64,000 bases of DNA from positions 47,657 to 111,656 of the forward strand of contig CAWGIY010000007.1 in NCBI GenBank assembly GCA_963822845.1, given 5' to 3'. The position numbers were made by a program, and so were the translations under genes. The notes below the pieces were generated by a model that was not told the DNA's origin, searched no databases, and was given only the letters and a program-made list of their open reading frames with translations. Shown in pieces: positions 27,530 to 37,371 of this stretch. This DNA comes from an uncultured Chloroflexia bacterium (GTDB taxonomy: Bacteria > Chloroflexota > Limnocylindria > QHBO01). Every line of letters begins with the position of its first letter. Position 1 is the first letter of the stretch.

Positions 27530-27934
27530 CTAGCCCGATGCCGGAACGGCCAGCCCGACCAGCCGCTCGACGAGGCCGGTGATCTCGTCGATCGAGAACG
27601 GCTTGGACAGGACGTGCACGTTGCCGATGCTCTCGAGCTCGCCGGCACGCTCGCGAAGGGCGGTCACGTCCGCCGAGCACACGATGATCGGCACGCCCGC
27701 CAGGCGCTCGTCGGCGCGCGCGAGGGTGACGATCTCCCAGCCCGATGCGCCGCCCAGCAGCAGGTCCACGACGATGAGGTCCGGGTCCGACGCCGCCAAC
27801 ACGCCGATTTCCGTCTGCTGGCCGTTGAAGAGGCTGACGTCGTAGCCGGCGTCCTCGTCGAGGATGGCGGACATGAGCTCGAGGAAGTCGGCGTTGTCGT
27901 TCACGACGCTGATGCGCGGTCGCTGCTCGGGCAT
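27530..27934 (-). CDS. Single-domain response regulator (REC)
   Basis: VVNDN, PDLIVVDL, PIIVCSA, LSKPFS. Confidence 0.85.
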   Translation of the reverse strand: MPEQRPRISVVNDNADFLELMSAILDEDAGYDVSLFNGQQTEIGVLAASDPDLIVVDLLLGGASGWEIVTLARADERLAGVPIIVCSADVTALRERAGELESIGNVHVLSKPFSIDEITGLVERLVGLAVPASG

Positions 27935-27988
27935 CTGACGCTCCTGGGATGGGAGCCGAGTATAGGCACGGCGCTATCCTTTCGCCGG

Positions 27989-28065
27989 GTCCCCGTAGCT
28001 CAGTGGACCAGAGCAGCCGCCTTCTAAGCGGCCGGTCGCAGGTTCGAATCCTGCCGGGGACGCCA
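27989..28065 (+). tRNA. tRNA-Arg (TCT)
   Basis: GTCCCCG/CGGGGAC acceptor, GCCGC-CTTCTAA-GCGGC anticodon arm, GGTTCGAATCC, CCA end. Confidence 0.96.
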
Positions 28066-28860
28066 TCACGGCGGCGACGGCACCGGGTCGCCCACGTCAT
28101 GGCTCCCAACGCCGATCCAGCGCGACCGTGCCGCGAGGATGAGCGGGATCGCGACGATCGTGAAGCCGACGGCGCTGAACACGTACAGGCCCGCGACGTC
28201 GGTGAGCGGAAACACGAGCGATGAGGCGAGGTTCCCGGCGCCGTGCATGATCGCGGCGAGCCAGGCGCTTCGGGTGCCGAGCCACAGCCAGGTCAGCAGG
28301 AACGAGAACGTGACGACCCACAGCGCGAAGGCCCAGAACGGATTTCCGTAGAACGGCATGCCGGGGATGAAGTAGAGCGGGCTGTGCCACAGCGTCCACA
28401 CGGCGGCCACGACCAGGGTCGCGACGAGCGGTGAGAGCCGGTTCAGCAGGCCGGGCAGCAGGAATCCGCGCCAGCCGATCTCCTCGCCGATGACCAGGAA
28501 GAACAGCACGAAGAGGATCGGTTCGACCGTGCCAGGCACTGGCAGCGCCGCGTTGCCCGCCACGACGTAGATGACGTGGCCGATGGCGGTCCCCGCGATC
28601 GGGAGGGCCAGCGCGGCAACGTACCAGCCGGGATGGACCCGCCAGCGGGTCGTCACCGCCCACAGCTCCCCAACGCCGGCTCGTCCGCTCCGGATGCGCG
28701 CGACCGTGAAGGCAGCCGCCGCCGGTCCGAACAACGCGATCAGGCCGAAGATGAGCGAGACGTCGAGGAGGAGTGCGAGCGCGATCGAGAACGCATACGC
28801 CAGCACGACGTACGTGGTCAGCGGGTACCGCCGGATCAGGCCGGCCGTCGTCGAGATCAT
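28066..28860 (-). CDS. CPBP (CAAX protease/Abi) intramembrane metalloprotease
   Basis: GEEIGWRGFL, WTLWHSP, AIMHGAGN. Confidence 0.9.
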   Translation of the reverse strand: MISTTAGLIRRYPLTTYVVLAYAFSIALALLLDVSLIFGLIALFGPAAAAFTVARIRSGRAGVGELWAVTTRWRVHPGWYVAALALPIAGTAIGHVIYVVAGNAALPVPGTVEPILFVLFFLVIGEEIGWRGFLLPGLLNRLSPLVATLVVAAVWTLWHSPLYFIPGMPFYGNPFWAFALWVVTFSFLLTWLWLGTRSAWLAAIMHGAGNLASSLVFPLTDVAGLYVFSAVGFTIVAIPLILAARSRWIGVGSHDVGDPVPSPP

Positions 28861-28933
28861 GTTCGACCACCCGCGAGACGCGGTGGCGATGGAGACGTGC
28901 CCGTGGCGCCAGTATTTCACCCGTGTCCAGCAA

Positions 28934-30148
28934 TCAGTTGGCGAGCGCCTCGAGGGCGGTGACGGCAACGCCAAGGCCATCTTCACCGGCCAGCTCGGTC
29001 GCCAGGCGCTGCGCCCGCTCCCTCATGGACCGATCCGCCGCGGCGGCGAGGGCCGCATCGGCCAGGCGCTCGGCGCGCAGCCCGCGGACCGGCTGGGGCC
29101 GAGGAGCGACGCCCAGGCGCTCGAGCCGATCGGCCCAGTACGGCTGGTCGCCGACGTGCGGGATGACGAGCGACGGTACCCCGGCGGCACATGCCGCGTG
29201 CGTCGTCCCCGAACCGCCGTGGTGGACGACGAGCGCGGCCCGTGGGAAGAGTGCGCGGTGGTCGACGGCCCCGATGCGCAGGAGGCCGGGCGAGACGACG
29301 TCCGCGGCAACGCCTCCCTGGACGACCACCCGGCGCCCGCTCTCGAGGATCGCGCGCACCGCGTCGTCGACGGCGGCCTCGCTGGCGCCGGCCATCGAGC
29401 CGAAGGCGATCACGATCGGGGCCGATCCCTCGGCGAGGAACGCCTCGACCTCGGGCGACAGCGGCGGGACCGGCGCGTCGTCGAGCCAGCTGCCGGTGAG
29501 GCGGACGCCGTCCGGCAGGTCGGGCGGCACGCGGATGATCGCCGGTGAGCAGGCGAGGAGATGGAGGCGCGGCGAGCGCGCCCGGAACAGCGGCAGCCCG
29601 CGCTGTGCGCTCCCGGCCCGCGACAGGATCGCGTCGACCGGACGGGCCGTCCGGGCCAGAAGCCGATCGAGCATCCACCACGCGAAGCGATTGAACGGCC
29701 CGAGCGGCGGCAGGCCGGGCGGCGGGGCGCTGCGCGTCGGCAGAAGGACCGGGTCGAAGACGGCGGTCGCGAACGGCAGGGCGGCATCGAGCACCGCGGC
29801 GTGGGCGAGGACGTGGATGCCGTGGACGACGACGAGGTCGTGCCCGGGGAGCAGCGCGCGGAGGCGGCGGTAGTGGTCCTCGCCGTCAGCGAGGTGGAAG
29901 TCACGGAGCACGGCGACCTGGTCGAGCGGCGGCCGGCCGGCGGCTTCGGCGGCGACCGCCGCGATCCGGCCGGGATCGGCATGCGGTCCGGCCACCTCGA
30001 CCCGCACGCCCGGCAGCGAGAGCGCGGCACGGTGCAGCGGCCAGCTGATGGCGGTCACCTCGTGCCCGCGCCCGACGAGCCGGCGCGCAAGGAGGACGAA
30101 CGGCGCCACGTCGCCGGTCGTGCCGACCGTGGCAAGCGCGATCCGCAT
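28934..30148 (-). CDS. GT1/GT28-type glycosyltransferase (sterol glucosyltransferase-like)
   Basis: GTTGDVAPF, AFGSM, VHHGGSGTT, PHVGDQPYW. Confidence 0.88.
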   Translation of the reverse strand: MRIALATVGTTGDVAPFVLLARRLVGRGHEVTAISWPLHRAALSLPGVRVEVAGPHADPGRIAAVAAEAAGRPPLDQVAVLRDFHLADGEDHYRRLRALLPGHDLVVVHGIHVLAHAAVLDAALPFATAVFDPVLLPTRSAPPPGLPPLGPFNRFAWWMLDRLLARTARPVDAILSRAGSAQRGLPLFRARSPRLHLLACSPAIIRVPPDLPDGVRLTGSWLDDAPVPPLSPEVEAFLAEGSAPIVIAFGSMAGASEAAVDDAVRAILESGRRVVVQGGVAADVVSPGLLRIGAVDHRALFPRAALVVHHGGSGTTHAACAAGVPSLVIPHVGDQPYWADRLERLGVAPRPQPVRGLRAERLADAALAAAADRSMRERAQRLATELAGEDGLGVAVTALEALAN

Positions 30149-30149
30149 G

Positions 30150-31043
30150 TCAGAAGGCGGCGAAGCTGCGCGGGGCCATCCGCGGGCCGTATCGCGGCGC
30201 GGTGATCCCCCCGACCTCCAGCAGGCGCTGCACCCGCCCGCGCTGGCCGCGGTACGGCTCGAGCAGCTCGAGCATGCGCGCGTCGTCGGCGCGCGGCTCG
30301 CCGGCCAGGGCCCACGCCACGATGTTCGGCACGTGGTAATCGCCGACGCTCACCGCATCGGGATCGCCGAAGGCGCAGCGCACGACCTCCGCGGCCGTCC
30401 AGGCACCGATGCCGGTCAGCGATCGCAGCCGGGTCGTCGCTTCGTCCGCCGACGTCGCGGCATCCAGCCAGCCGGCGCGGGCGGCGGCGCGGCGGATGAC
30501 GTCGGCGCGACGTCGCTCGACGCCAAGCGGGTGGAGGGCGTGGTAGGGGAGCGATGCCAGCGTCGCCGGTGGCGGTGGCAGGAGCAGGTCACCCGGGCCT
30601 GGCGCCACCTCGCCATGGCGACGCAGGAGCGCGGCGTAGGCACGGAAGGCCTCGGTGCCGGTGACCTTCTGCTCGAGGATCGACGGCACGAGCGCGTGGA
30701 AGACCCGCCGGCTCTGAGGCAGTCGGAGCCCGGCATGAGCTCGCTCGATGCGGCGCAGCACCGGGTGGACCGCGACGAATGCCTCCGGCCGATCCGCCTC
30801 ACCGACGAGCAGGCCGGCGTGGTCGAGGGCGTGGGTGCTGCCCGCGCCCCAGGCCGTGGCGGCGAGGTGCGTTGGAGCCGTCAGTCGCAGCCGGAGCGTT
30901 GCCGGTCCGGCCGGCGTGCGGAAGGCGAGCCACGCCTCGTGACGCGCGAGCCGGATCGTGCGGTCGCCACGGCCGTGGGCCAGCGGTCCGAGCGTGGTCG
31001 CCAGGTCGAGCGGGCCACGCAGGTCGAGCCCGCGCTCGATCAC
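30150..31043 (-). CDS. DNA-3-methyladenine glycosylase 2 (HhH-GPD) family protein
   Basis: ILEQKVTG, HhH motif LRSLTGIGAWTA, GDPDAVSVGDYH. Confidence 0.85.
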   Translation of the reverse strand: MIERGLDLRGPLDLATTLGPLAHGRGDRTIRLARHEAWLAFRTPAGPATLRLRLTAPTHLAATAWGAGSTHALDHAGLLVGEADRPEAFVAVHPVLRRIERAHAGLRLPQSRRVFHALVPSILEQKVTGTEAFRAYAALLRRHGEVAPGPGDLLLPPPPATLASLPYHALHPLGVERRRADVIRRAAARAGWLDAATSADEATTRLRSLTGIGAWTAAEVVRCAFGDPDAVSVGDYHVPNIVAWALAGEPRADDARMLELLEPYRGQRGRVQRLLEVGGITAPRYGPRMAPRSFAAF

Positions 31044-32041
31044 CGACGCATCGAGAGGAGCAGCGGGGTCGCGCCGGCCTGCGTGGCCTCGAATTCGGCG
31101 CGGCTGCGCATGCCCCGATAGCCCTCGGACACCGCGATCTGGGCGCATGCCGCGCCGAGCGAGCCGCCCGGCCCGGGCAGGAGGACGACGTCCGGCGCGT
31201 AGTCGCGAAGGGCGACGCGGAGGCTGGTGGCGAAGTCGTAGGTCGCGGCGCCCTGGCCGCGCAAGGACTCCTCGGCGAGCGCTGCCGGGTCGGTCGACCA
31301 CGGCGTGAACCGGGTGCCGCGCCCATCGATGAGCGTCACGTTCGGCCGGTCCCAGCGCAGGTCGGCGAGCCGCGTTGCCGCCTCGTCGGCGGCGGCGGCG
31401 CGGAGGGGCGTGTGCCACGCGTCCGCGCTGGCCAGGCGCAGCGGGTAGCCACGCTCGGCGACCTGCACCGGTGGGAGCCTGTCGGCGAGCGAGTCGATGC
31501 CGTCCGAGGTTCCGGCGACGACCGCGAACGCGCCGAGGTCGATCGCCAGCGCCGCGCCCCCATTGGCCGCGCCGAGTGCGTCACGGAGGCCGTCGATCCG
31601 GTCTGCGGCCGGCTGCCAGGCCTCGTCGGTGAGGGGGTAGATGAGCTCGGCAGGCGGCGTATTCCCGGCCAGCGGCGCTTCGGCGGCGGTCGCCATCTCC
31701 TGCACGAGGCGGAAGGCGTCGTCGAACCCGAGCGCCCCGGAGGCGGCGAGGGCGGTGTACCAGCCGGTCGAGTTGGCGACCACGACCACGACCTCGTGGT
31801 CGTCGGCGATGCGCTCGGCGTCGAGGAGGCTGCAGACGAAGACGAGCGGCCAGCCGTTCGTCGGCCGCAGGTGGACCGCCGGGTCGAAGCGGTCCGCGCC
31901 GTCCACCTCGGTGAGCGGCTGCAGGCCGGCGGCCGCGCGCAGCTCATCGGCGCGGCGGACCCAGGGGTGTCCGCCGGGGAGCGACCCGAGCGATGGCGGG
32001 CCGTACGAGCCCCGGCCCGGGAAGGCGACGGCCGCGCGCAT
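31040..32041 (-). CDS. FabD-like acyltransferase (ACP S-malonyltransferase family variant)
   Basis: AFPGRGSY, ANSTGWY nucleophile elbow, AWHTPL, LPGPGGSL. Confidence 0.8.
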   Translation of the reverse strand: MRAAVAFPGRGSYGPPSLGSLPGGHPWVRRADELRAAAGLQPLTEVDGADRFDPAVHLRPTNGWPLVFVCSLLDAERIADDHEVVVVVANSTGWYTALAASGALGFDDAFRLVQEMATAAEAPLAGNTPPAELIYPLTDEAWQPAADRIDGLRDALGAANGGAALAIDLGAFAVVAGTSDGIDSLADRLPPVQVAERGYPLRLASADAWHTPLRAAAADEAATRLADLRWDRPNVTLIDGRGTRFTPWSTDPAALAEESLRGQGAATYDFATSLRVALRDYAPDVVLLPGPGGSLGAACAQIAVSEGYRGMRSRAEFEATQAGATPLLLSMRR

Positions 32042-34308
32042 CACGATCGCGCGGCTGCCTGGCGGCGTTTGCCGACGGCGGCAACGGCCGCGGCCACGAT
32101 CTGGTCGACGCCGACGAGCACGGCCGAGGTCGCCGGGCCGAGCGGGACGAACGAGTCGACGGCGCGCACCGAGCCGAGGCGCTTCGCGACCTTGTGCTCG
32201 GCGAGGTCGGCGATGATCGCATCGGCCACGCCGCCGCCGGTGGCGCGGCACTCGTCGACGACGACGACGGTGCCGACCCCGCCGGCCTGCGCGCGGATCG
32301 CCTCGGTCGGCAGCGGGTTGAGCCACCGCAGGTCGAGCACGCGGGCGCGCAGGTCGTGCTCATCGGCGAGGCGCTTCGCCGCCTGCAGGCTGAGGCGCAG
32401 GCCGTTGGCGTAGCTGACGAGGAGGACGTCTGCGTCGCCCTCGGTCTCGCCGTGCAGACCCACCTCGCCCGGCAGGAGCAGGTCGGGCGGCGGTGGATAG
32501 GCTGTGAGCCAGCCGTCGTCGCCATCGGCGTGGAGGTCCTTCTCGTGGTAGAGCGCGATCGGCTCGAGGAAGACGACCACTCGGCCGTCCTCGGCGGCCA
32601 TCGCGATGGCGCCGCGCAGCATGCGGGCCGCGTCGTCGCCGCGGGCGGGCGCCGCGAGCACGAGGCCCGGGATGTCGCGCAATGCGCCGATGCTGTTGTC
32701 GTTGTGGAAATGGCCGCCGAAGCCCTTCTGATAGGCGAGGCCCGGCACCCGCACGACCATCGGGTTGCGGAATTGCCCGGAGCTGAAGAACTGGAGGGTG
32801 GCGGCTTCGCCGCGGAGCTGGTCGATGGCGTTGTGGACGTAGGCGAGGTACTGGATCTCGGGCACCGGCAGGAGGCCGATGTGGGCCGCGCCCTGGGCGA
32901 TGCCCAGGATGCTCGTCTCGTCCAGCAGCGTGTCGAACACCCGGGCGGCGCCGAACCGCCGCTGGAGGCCGTTGGTGACGTTGTAGACCCCGCCCTTGCG
33001 CCCGACGTCCTCTCCGAAGGCGAGGAGCTCCGGCCGGCGGAGCAGCTCGTCGGCAAGCGCGGCGTTGATGGAACCGGCGAGGGTGCGCGCGTTGGGCGAG
33101 GTCGACGCCTCCGGCAGGATCTCGCCGAACGACGCGCTGCGCTCCTCCGCGGTGGCGAGGGCGGTCTCGCTCCGTTCCCGAACGCGATCGGGGTGGTACG
33201 GCGCGAGCGGCCCGACGACCTCCTCGGTCGTCTGCAGCTGCGGGCGTCGCGCGGCCTCCTCGGCCACGGCCATGACCCGCTCGCGTGTCTCGCGCACGAG
33301 ATCGCGGAGCTCGTCCGGCGTCGCCACGCCGAGCTCGATGAGGCGCCGGGCGTTGCGCACCAACGGGTCGTGCGCCTCGACCTCCTCGATCTGCGGGATC
33401 GACCGATAGCTGGGCTCGGCGTCACTGCCGGCGTGCCCCCACAGGCGGACCGTGTCGAGGTGCAGGAACACCGGCCGGCGCGCGGTGCGGACGTGGGCGA
33501 TGGCGCCTTCGACCGCAGCCCAGATCTCGTCGATCTCACCGCTCGCGGGGATGTAGGTCAGGTGAGGCATCGCGCCGAACGTGGCTTCGATCCAGCCGTC
33601 GGGCGTCGGCACGCTGATGCCCGTGCCGTTGTCCTCGCACACGAGCAGCAGCGGCATCGGCAGGCCCATGCGTACCGCGTAGCGTGCCGTGTTGATCGCG
33701 GCGAGCGCCGTGGCGTGGTTGGCGCTTGCATCGCCGAAGGAGCAGACGACCACCGCGTCCTCGGGCAGGCCGATGCCGACCCCGATGCGCTTGGCGCGGG
33801 CAAGGCTGAATGCGAGGCCCATCGCCTTCGGCAGGTGGCTGGCGATCGTGCTCGTCTGCGGCGGGATCCAGAGCGGTCGGCTGCCCCACACCTTGTGCCG
33901 TCCCTGGGCGATCGGGTCCTCGCTCGAGGCGACGACGCCGAGCAGCGTGTCGAGCACCGGGGTGCTCCCGGGAAGCTGGCGCGAGCGAGCCAGGACGAAG
34001 CCGCCCGAGCGGTAGTGGAGGAATGCCGGGTCGTCGACGCGGAGCTGCGCGCCGATGACGGCATTGTCCTCGTGGCCGGCCGAGCTGATCGTGTAGAAGC
34101 TGCGCCCGGTCTTCTTCAGCTCGCGCGCGGCGACGTCGAGCTGACGCGAGGCGAGCTGGTCCTCGAAGAGCCCGAGCGCCGTCGCGGCGGTCAGGTTCGT
34201 GCCGGGATGGAGGGCCGCGTGCGGCGCAAGCAGCGTGGCGGCCGGCTCCGCGGCGGCGAGGTAGGTATCGAGGCGGTTTTCGACGATCGCGACGCGATCC
34301 CAGGTCAT
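32041..34308 (-). CDS. Fused alpha/beta 2-oxoacid dehydrogenase E1 (ThDP-dependent)
   Basis: SSAGHE, GDASAN..EDN ThDP motif, GHAGSD, FGEDVGRKGGVY, DTLLDE, EIQYLAY, DLRWLNPL. Confidence 0.9.
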   Translation of the reverse strand: MTWDRVAIVENRLDTYLAAAEPAATLLAPHAALHPGTNLTAATALGLFEDQLASRQLDVAARELKKTGRSFYTISSAGHEDNAVIGAQLRVDDPAFLHYRSGGFVLARSRQLPGSTPVLDTLLGVVASSEDPIAQGRHKVWGSRPLWIPPQTSTIASHLPKAMGLAFSLARAKRIGVGIGLPEDAVVVCSFGDASANHATALAAINTARYAVRMGLPMPLLLVCEDNGTGISVPTPDGWIEATFGAMPHLTYIPASGEIDEIWAAVEGAIAHVRTARRPVFLHLDTVRLWGHAGSDAEPSYRSIPQIEEVEAHDPLVRNARRLIELGVATPDELRDLVRETRERVMAVAEEAARRPQLQTTEEVVGPLAPYHPDRVRERSETALATAEERSASFGEILPEASTSPNARTLAGSINAALADELLRRPELLAFGEDVGRKGGVYNVTNGLQRRFGAARVFDTLLDETSILGIAQGAAHIGLLPVPEIQYLAYVHNAIDQLRGEAATLQFFSSGQFRNPMVVRVPGLAYQKGFGGHFHNDNSIGALRDIPGLVLAAPARGDDAARMLRGAIAMAAEDGRVVVFLEPIALYHEKDLHADGDDGWLTAYPPPPDLLLPGEVGLHGETEGDADVLLVSYANGLRLSLQAAKRLADEHDLRARVLDLRWLNPLPTEAIRAQAGGVGTVVVVDECRATGGGVADAIIADLAEHKVAKRLGSVRAVDSFVPLGPATSAVLVGVDQIVAAAVAAVGKRRQAAARS

Positions 34309-34371
34309 GCGGCGGGTCCGGCTTGGGTGTCGAGGTGAAGCTCGGCGGCCGACCAATGATAGCGCCGCGGC

Positions 34372-34515
34372 TCACAGGACCGTCAGGAGGGCCCGAAATC
34401 GCGGGAAGTCGCCGCCACCGGTGGCTGCGGCCGTGGCCGCGGCGAGCAGGAGCTGGGCCATGAGGGCCGCGATCGGCGACCAGATGAGCGGGTTGCGGAG
34501 GCGGCGCGGAGACAT
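34372..34515 (-). CDS. Small exported or membrane peptide (47 aa)
   Basis: GAGG RBS, MSPRRLRNPLIWSPIAALMAQLLLAAATAAA-TGGGDFPRFRALLTVL. Confidence 0.55.
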   Translation of the reverse strand: MSPRRLRNPLIWSPIAALMAQLLLAAATAAATGGGDFPRFRALLTVL

Positions 34516-34591
34516 GAGCTGGAACCTCGTGCGCGCGCCGTCTCCGGACCCTGCGCCCGCGTCCCGGCGCACGCCACATGGGACTCCATTG

Positions 34592-34624
34592 CCGCTTACC
34601 GACCGCTTACCAGCCGCTTACCGG
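34592..34624. promoter_or_regulatory. Triple 11-bp-period direct repeat (CCGCTTACC)
   Basis: ccgcttaccga ccgcttaccag ccgcttaccgg. Confidence 0.75.
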
Positions 34625-34633
34625 CGTCGCCGG

Positions 34634-35473
34634 CTAGGAAGCTCCGAGCGAGATGAGGACGATGCCGGCCAGCGCCAGGGCGACGCCGACCTGCCCCAGC
34701 CGCGTCAGTCGTTCGTTCAGCACGATGCGCGCGAGGAGCATCGTCACGATCGGATAGAGGCCGATGAGCGCTGCAGCCAGGCCGACGTGCATCCCCTCGC
34801 GGGCCACGACATACAGCGCGTTGCCACCGACGTCGAAGAGGCCCGCCACCACGACCAGCCGCACCGGGACACCCGAGCGATCGAACCCGCGCACCGCCAC
34901 CACGACCGCCGCCAGCGCCGCGGACACCGCACGGCTGACGACGAGCGCCCACAGCGGATCGCCCCTGCTCGCCGCGACGTCGAGAAGGACGTACCACGCG
35001 CCGAAGCCGAGGGCCGCCGCTCCCGCGAGGGCCAGCGCCGTGCGCCCGACCTCGTCGCGCGAGGCGCCGCCGGCCGCCGCGGCGGCGAACGCCGCACAGG
35101 CGACACCGATCAGCTGGACCGGCGAGGTGGAGGCGCCGGCGAGCGCGGCGGCCAGCAGGGGAAGGACCAGCGACCCTGCGCCTGCCAGCGAGGTGACGAG
35201 GCCCATCGATCCGATCGCCATGCCCCGGTACAGGGTGGCGAGCCCGACCATTCCCGCGACCCCGGCCGCCATTCCGAAGAGCACGGCGTCGAGCGGCGGC
35301 AGCGGCGGTCGAAGGAGGACGAGGCCGACGAGCAGGGCGACGAGCCCGGTCGCGTGGGCGCCGGCGACGACGATGAGCGCGCCGGCCCGGCGTGCGGCGA
35401 AGGCGCCGGTGAAGTCACCGGCGCCGAACGAGACCGCGCCGAGCAGGCCGGCCAGGACTCCGGTCGGGGTCAT
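34634..35473 (-). CDS. EamA/DMT family transporter
   Basis: About 10 TM, GAGDFTG, LYPIVTMLLARIVLNERL. Confidence 0.88.
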   Translation of the reverse strand: MTPTGVLAGLLGAVSFGAGDFTGAFAARRAGALIVVAGAHATGLVALLVGLVLLRPPLPPLDAVLFGMAAGVAGMVGLATLYRGMAIGSMGLVTSLAGAGSLVLPLLAAALAGASTSPVQLIGVACAAFAAAAAGGASRDEVGRTALALAGAAALGFGAWYVLLDVAASRGDPLWALVVSRAVSAALAAVVVAVRGFDRSGVPVRLVVVAGLFDVGGNALYVVAREGMHVGLAAALIGLYPIVTMLLARIVLNERLTRLGQVGVALALAGIVLISLGAS

Positions 35474-35625
35474 CTGTCAGCGCGATCCACGTGCGCGACT
35501 GTAGCCGTCACGCGTACCGCGGTCCTGACCCCTTCGTATGGTGCGCACGGCTCCGGGGCGTCGTACTCTTGTGCCGTCGTCCGGCCACCCGAGCGCCGGG
35601 CCGTCACGCAGGGGAGATCTGACAC

Positions 35626-37371
35626 GTGACCACCTCACAGCCCGTCGCGAGCGTGCCCGCCTGGCGCGTCGCCATCATCGGCGTCGTGGCCGCCCTCGCG
35701 GTCGGCATCGGCATCGTGCTCGGCTCGGCCGTGCTCGAGTCGCGGACCACCCCTCTCGGCAGCGGCGCGAGCTACGTTCCCGCCACTGCGCCCCTCTACT
35801 TCGAAGTGCGCCTCGAGCCGTCGGAGGCGCAGGATGCCGCGCTGCGCGAATTCCTGGGGACCTTCCCCGACATCGAGGGGATCGACCTCAGCCAGCCGCT
35901 GTACGGCCAGCTCACCGCCAAGCTCGACGAGTCCCTCGCAACGGGGGGGACCGAGCTCAGCTGGGCCGCCGACATCGAGCCGTGGTTCGACGGGCACGTC
36001 GGCTTCGCGATGCTCGACTTCCCGGCCGAGGCGCTCGACCCGACGATGCCGCCGCCGACGGTCATGGGCGTGCCGTCCGCGGTCGTCCTGTTTGGCGTCG
36101 CCGACAGCGCGGCGGCCCAGTCGTCGATCGATCGCATCCTCGCCGAGTCCGAGTTCCCGGGCACCTTCGCTGAGCAGCAGCACGCCGGCACCACGATGTA
36201 CGTCGACGAGGCATCCGGCGCGGCCTATGCGCTCACCGATGATCAGCTGCTCGTGGCGCCCGCGGCCGACGACATCATCGCCGCCCTGGACGCGCACGCC
36301 AGCAGCGCCACGACGCTGTCGGAGGCGGGCTCGAGGGCGAGCCTGACCGCTGCGCTGCCCGCCGAATGGCTCGTGTTCGGCATCTACGACTTCACCGATC
36401 TCCTGGCCAGCGCCCTCGAGGGAAGCGGCGTCCTCGGCGTGAGCGGCGACCTGCTGGCCGACCAGCCGATGCGCGGGGCGATGGCGCTCACCGTGGACGG
36501 CGATCGCGTGAGCCTGCCGATGGTGAGCGATCCGCCCTCCGGACCGTTCGCCGTCACGAACGCGGAACGCGGCCTCGCCGACGAGGTCCCCGGCGATGCC
36601 CTCTACTACGCCGAGGGTGGCAACGTCGGCGCCTCGCTCGGCGGGATCATCGGCTCGCTGAAGGAGTCGGTCGGCACGATGCCCGAGGGCGCCGAGCAGC
36701 TCGAGATGGTCGAGGCCGCCCTCGGCGGCAACCTCGAGGACCAGGTCGCCTGGATGGGCGACGTCGCGATGGCCGCCGGCTACGACGGGGAGCAGCCATG
36801 GGGCGGCGCGATCATCGTGCCGACCGACATGGAGGAGGCGCGCCGCACGATGGGCCAGCTGTCCACCTTCGCCGGACTCGCGACGCTCGACCCGTCGATC
36901 GGCATCACCGTCGAGGAGGGCGAGGTCGATGGCTTCGAGGTCACGACCGTGCGCTGGCTCGATCCCAACGCGCCGGCACCAACGACTCCAGACCCGTCAA
37001 TGCCCCTGCCCTTCACGCCGGAGGTCGCGGTGGAGTGGACCGTCACCGAGGACCGAGTCCTCGTCGGCATCGGCGATCAGTTCGTCGAGCGCGCGCTCGG
37101 GCAGGACGCGGCAGGCTCGCTGGCGGAGATGCCGCGATTCAGCGACGCGGTTGACGAGCTCGGTGGGGCGAGCAACGCCGGCCTGACGTGGGTCGACCTG
37201 CGCGGCGTGCGCCTCGCCCTCGAGGCCGCCCTCGGCGGGCTCGACCCGGCCGCGTTGGAGAGCTACGAGTCCGACGTCCTTCCGTGGCTCGAGCCGCTCG
37301 ACCGTCTCGTGACGGTCTCGCGGATCGACGGCGACCTCCTCCGCAACGACTCGGTCCTGCTCGTCGAGTGA
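35626..37371 (+). CDS. Membrane-anchored DUF3352-like protein
   Basis: N-terminal TM, ASYVPATAPLY, DIEPWFDG, acidic extracellular domain. Confidence 0.7.
   Translation: MTTSQPVASVPAWRVAIIGVVAALAVGIGIVLGSAVLESRTTPLGSGASYVPATAPLYFEVRLEPSEAQDAALREFLGTFPDIEGIDLSQPLYGQLTAKLDESLATGGTELSWAADIEPWFDGHVGFAMLDFPAEALDPTMPPPTVMGVPSAVVLFGVADSAAAQSSIDRILAESEFPGTFAEQQHAGTTMYVDEASGAAYALTDDQLLVAPAADDIIAALDAHASSATTLSEAGSRASLTAALPAEWLVFGIYDFTDLLASALEGSGVLGVSGDLLADQPMRGAMALTVDGDRVSLPMVSDPPSGPFAVTNAERGLADEVPGDALYYAEGGNVGASLGGIIGSLKESVGTMPEGAEQLEMVEAALGGNLEDQVAWMGDVAMAAGYDGEQPWGGAIIVPTDMEEARRTMGQLSTFAGLATLDPSIGITVEEGEVDGFEVTTVRWLDPNAPAPTTPDPSMPLPFTPEVAVEWTVTEDRVLVGIGDQFVERALGQDAAGSLAEMPRFSDAVDELGGASNAGLTWVDLRGVRLALEAALGGLDPAALESYESDVLPWLEPLDRLVTVSRIDGDLLRNDSVLLVE

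Noticed and set aside
27989-28065. Integration at tRNA-Arg
   Set aside because: No duplicated 3' end or integrase found downstream within the window.
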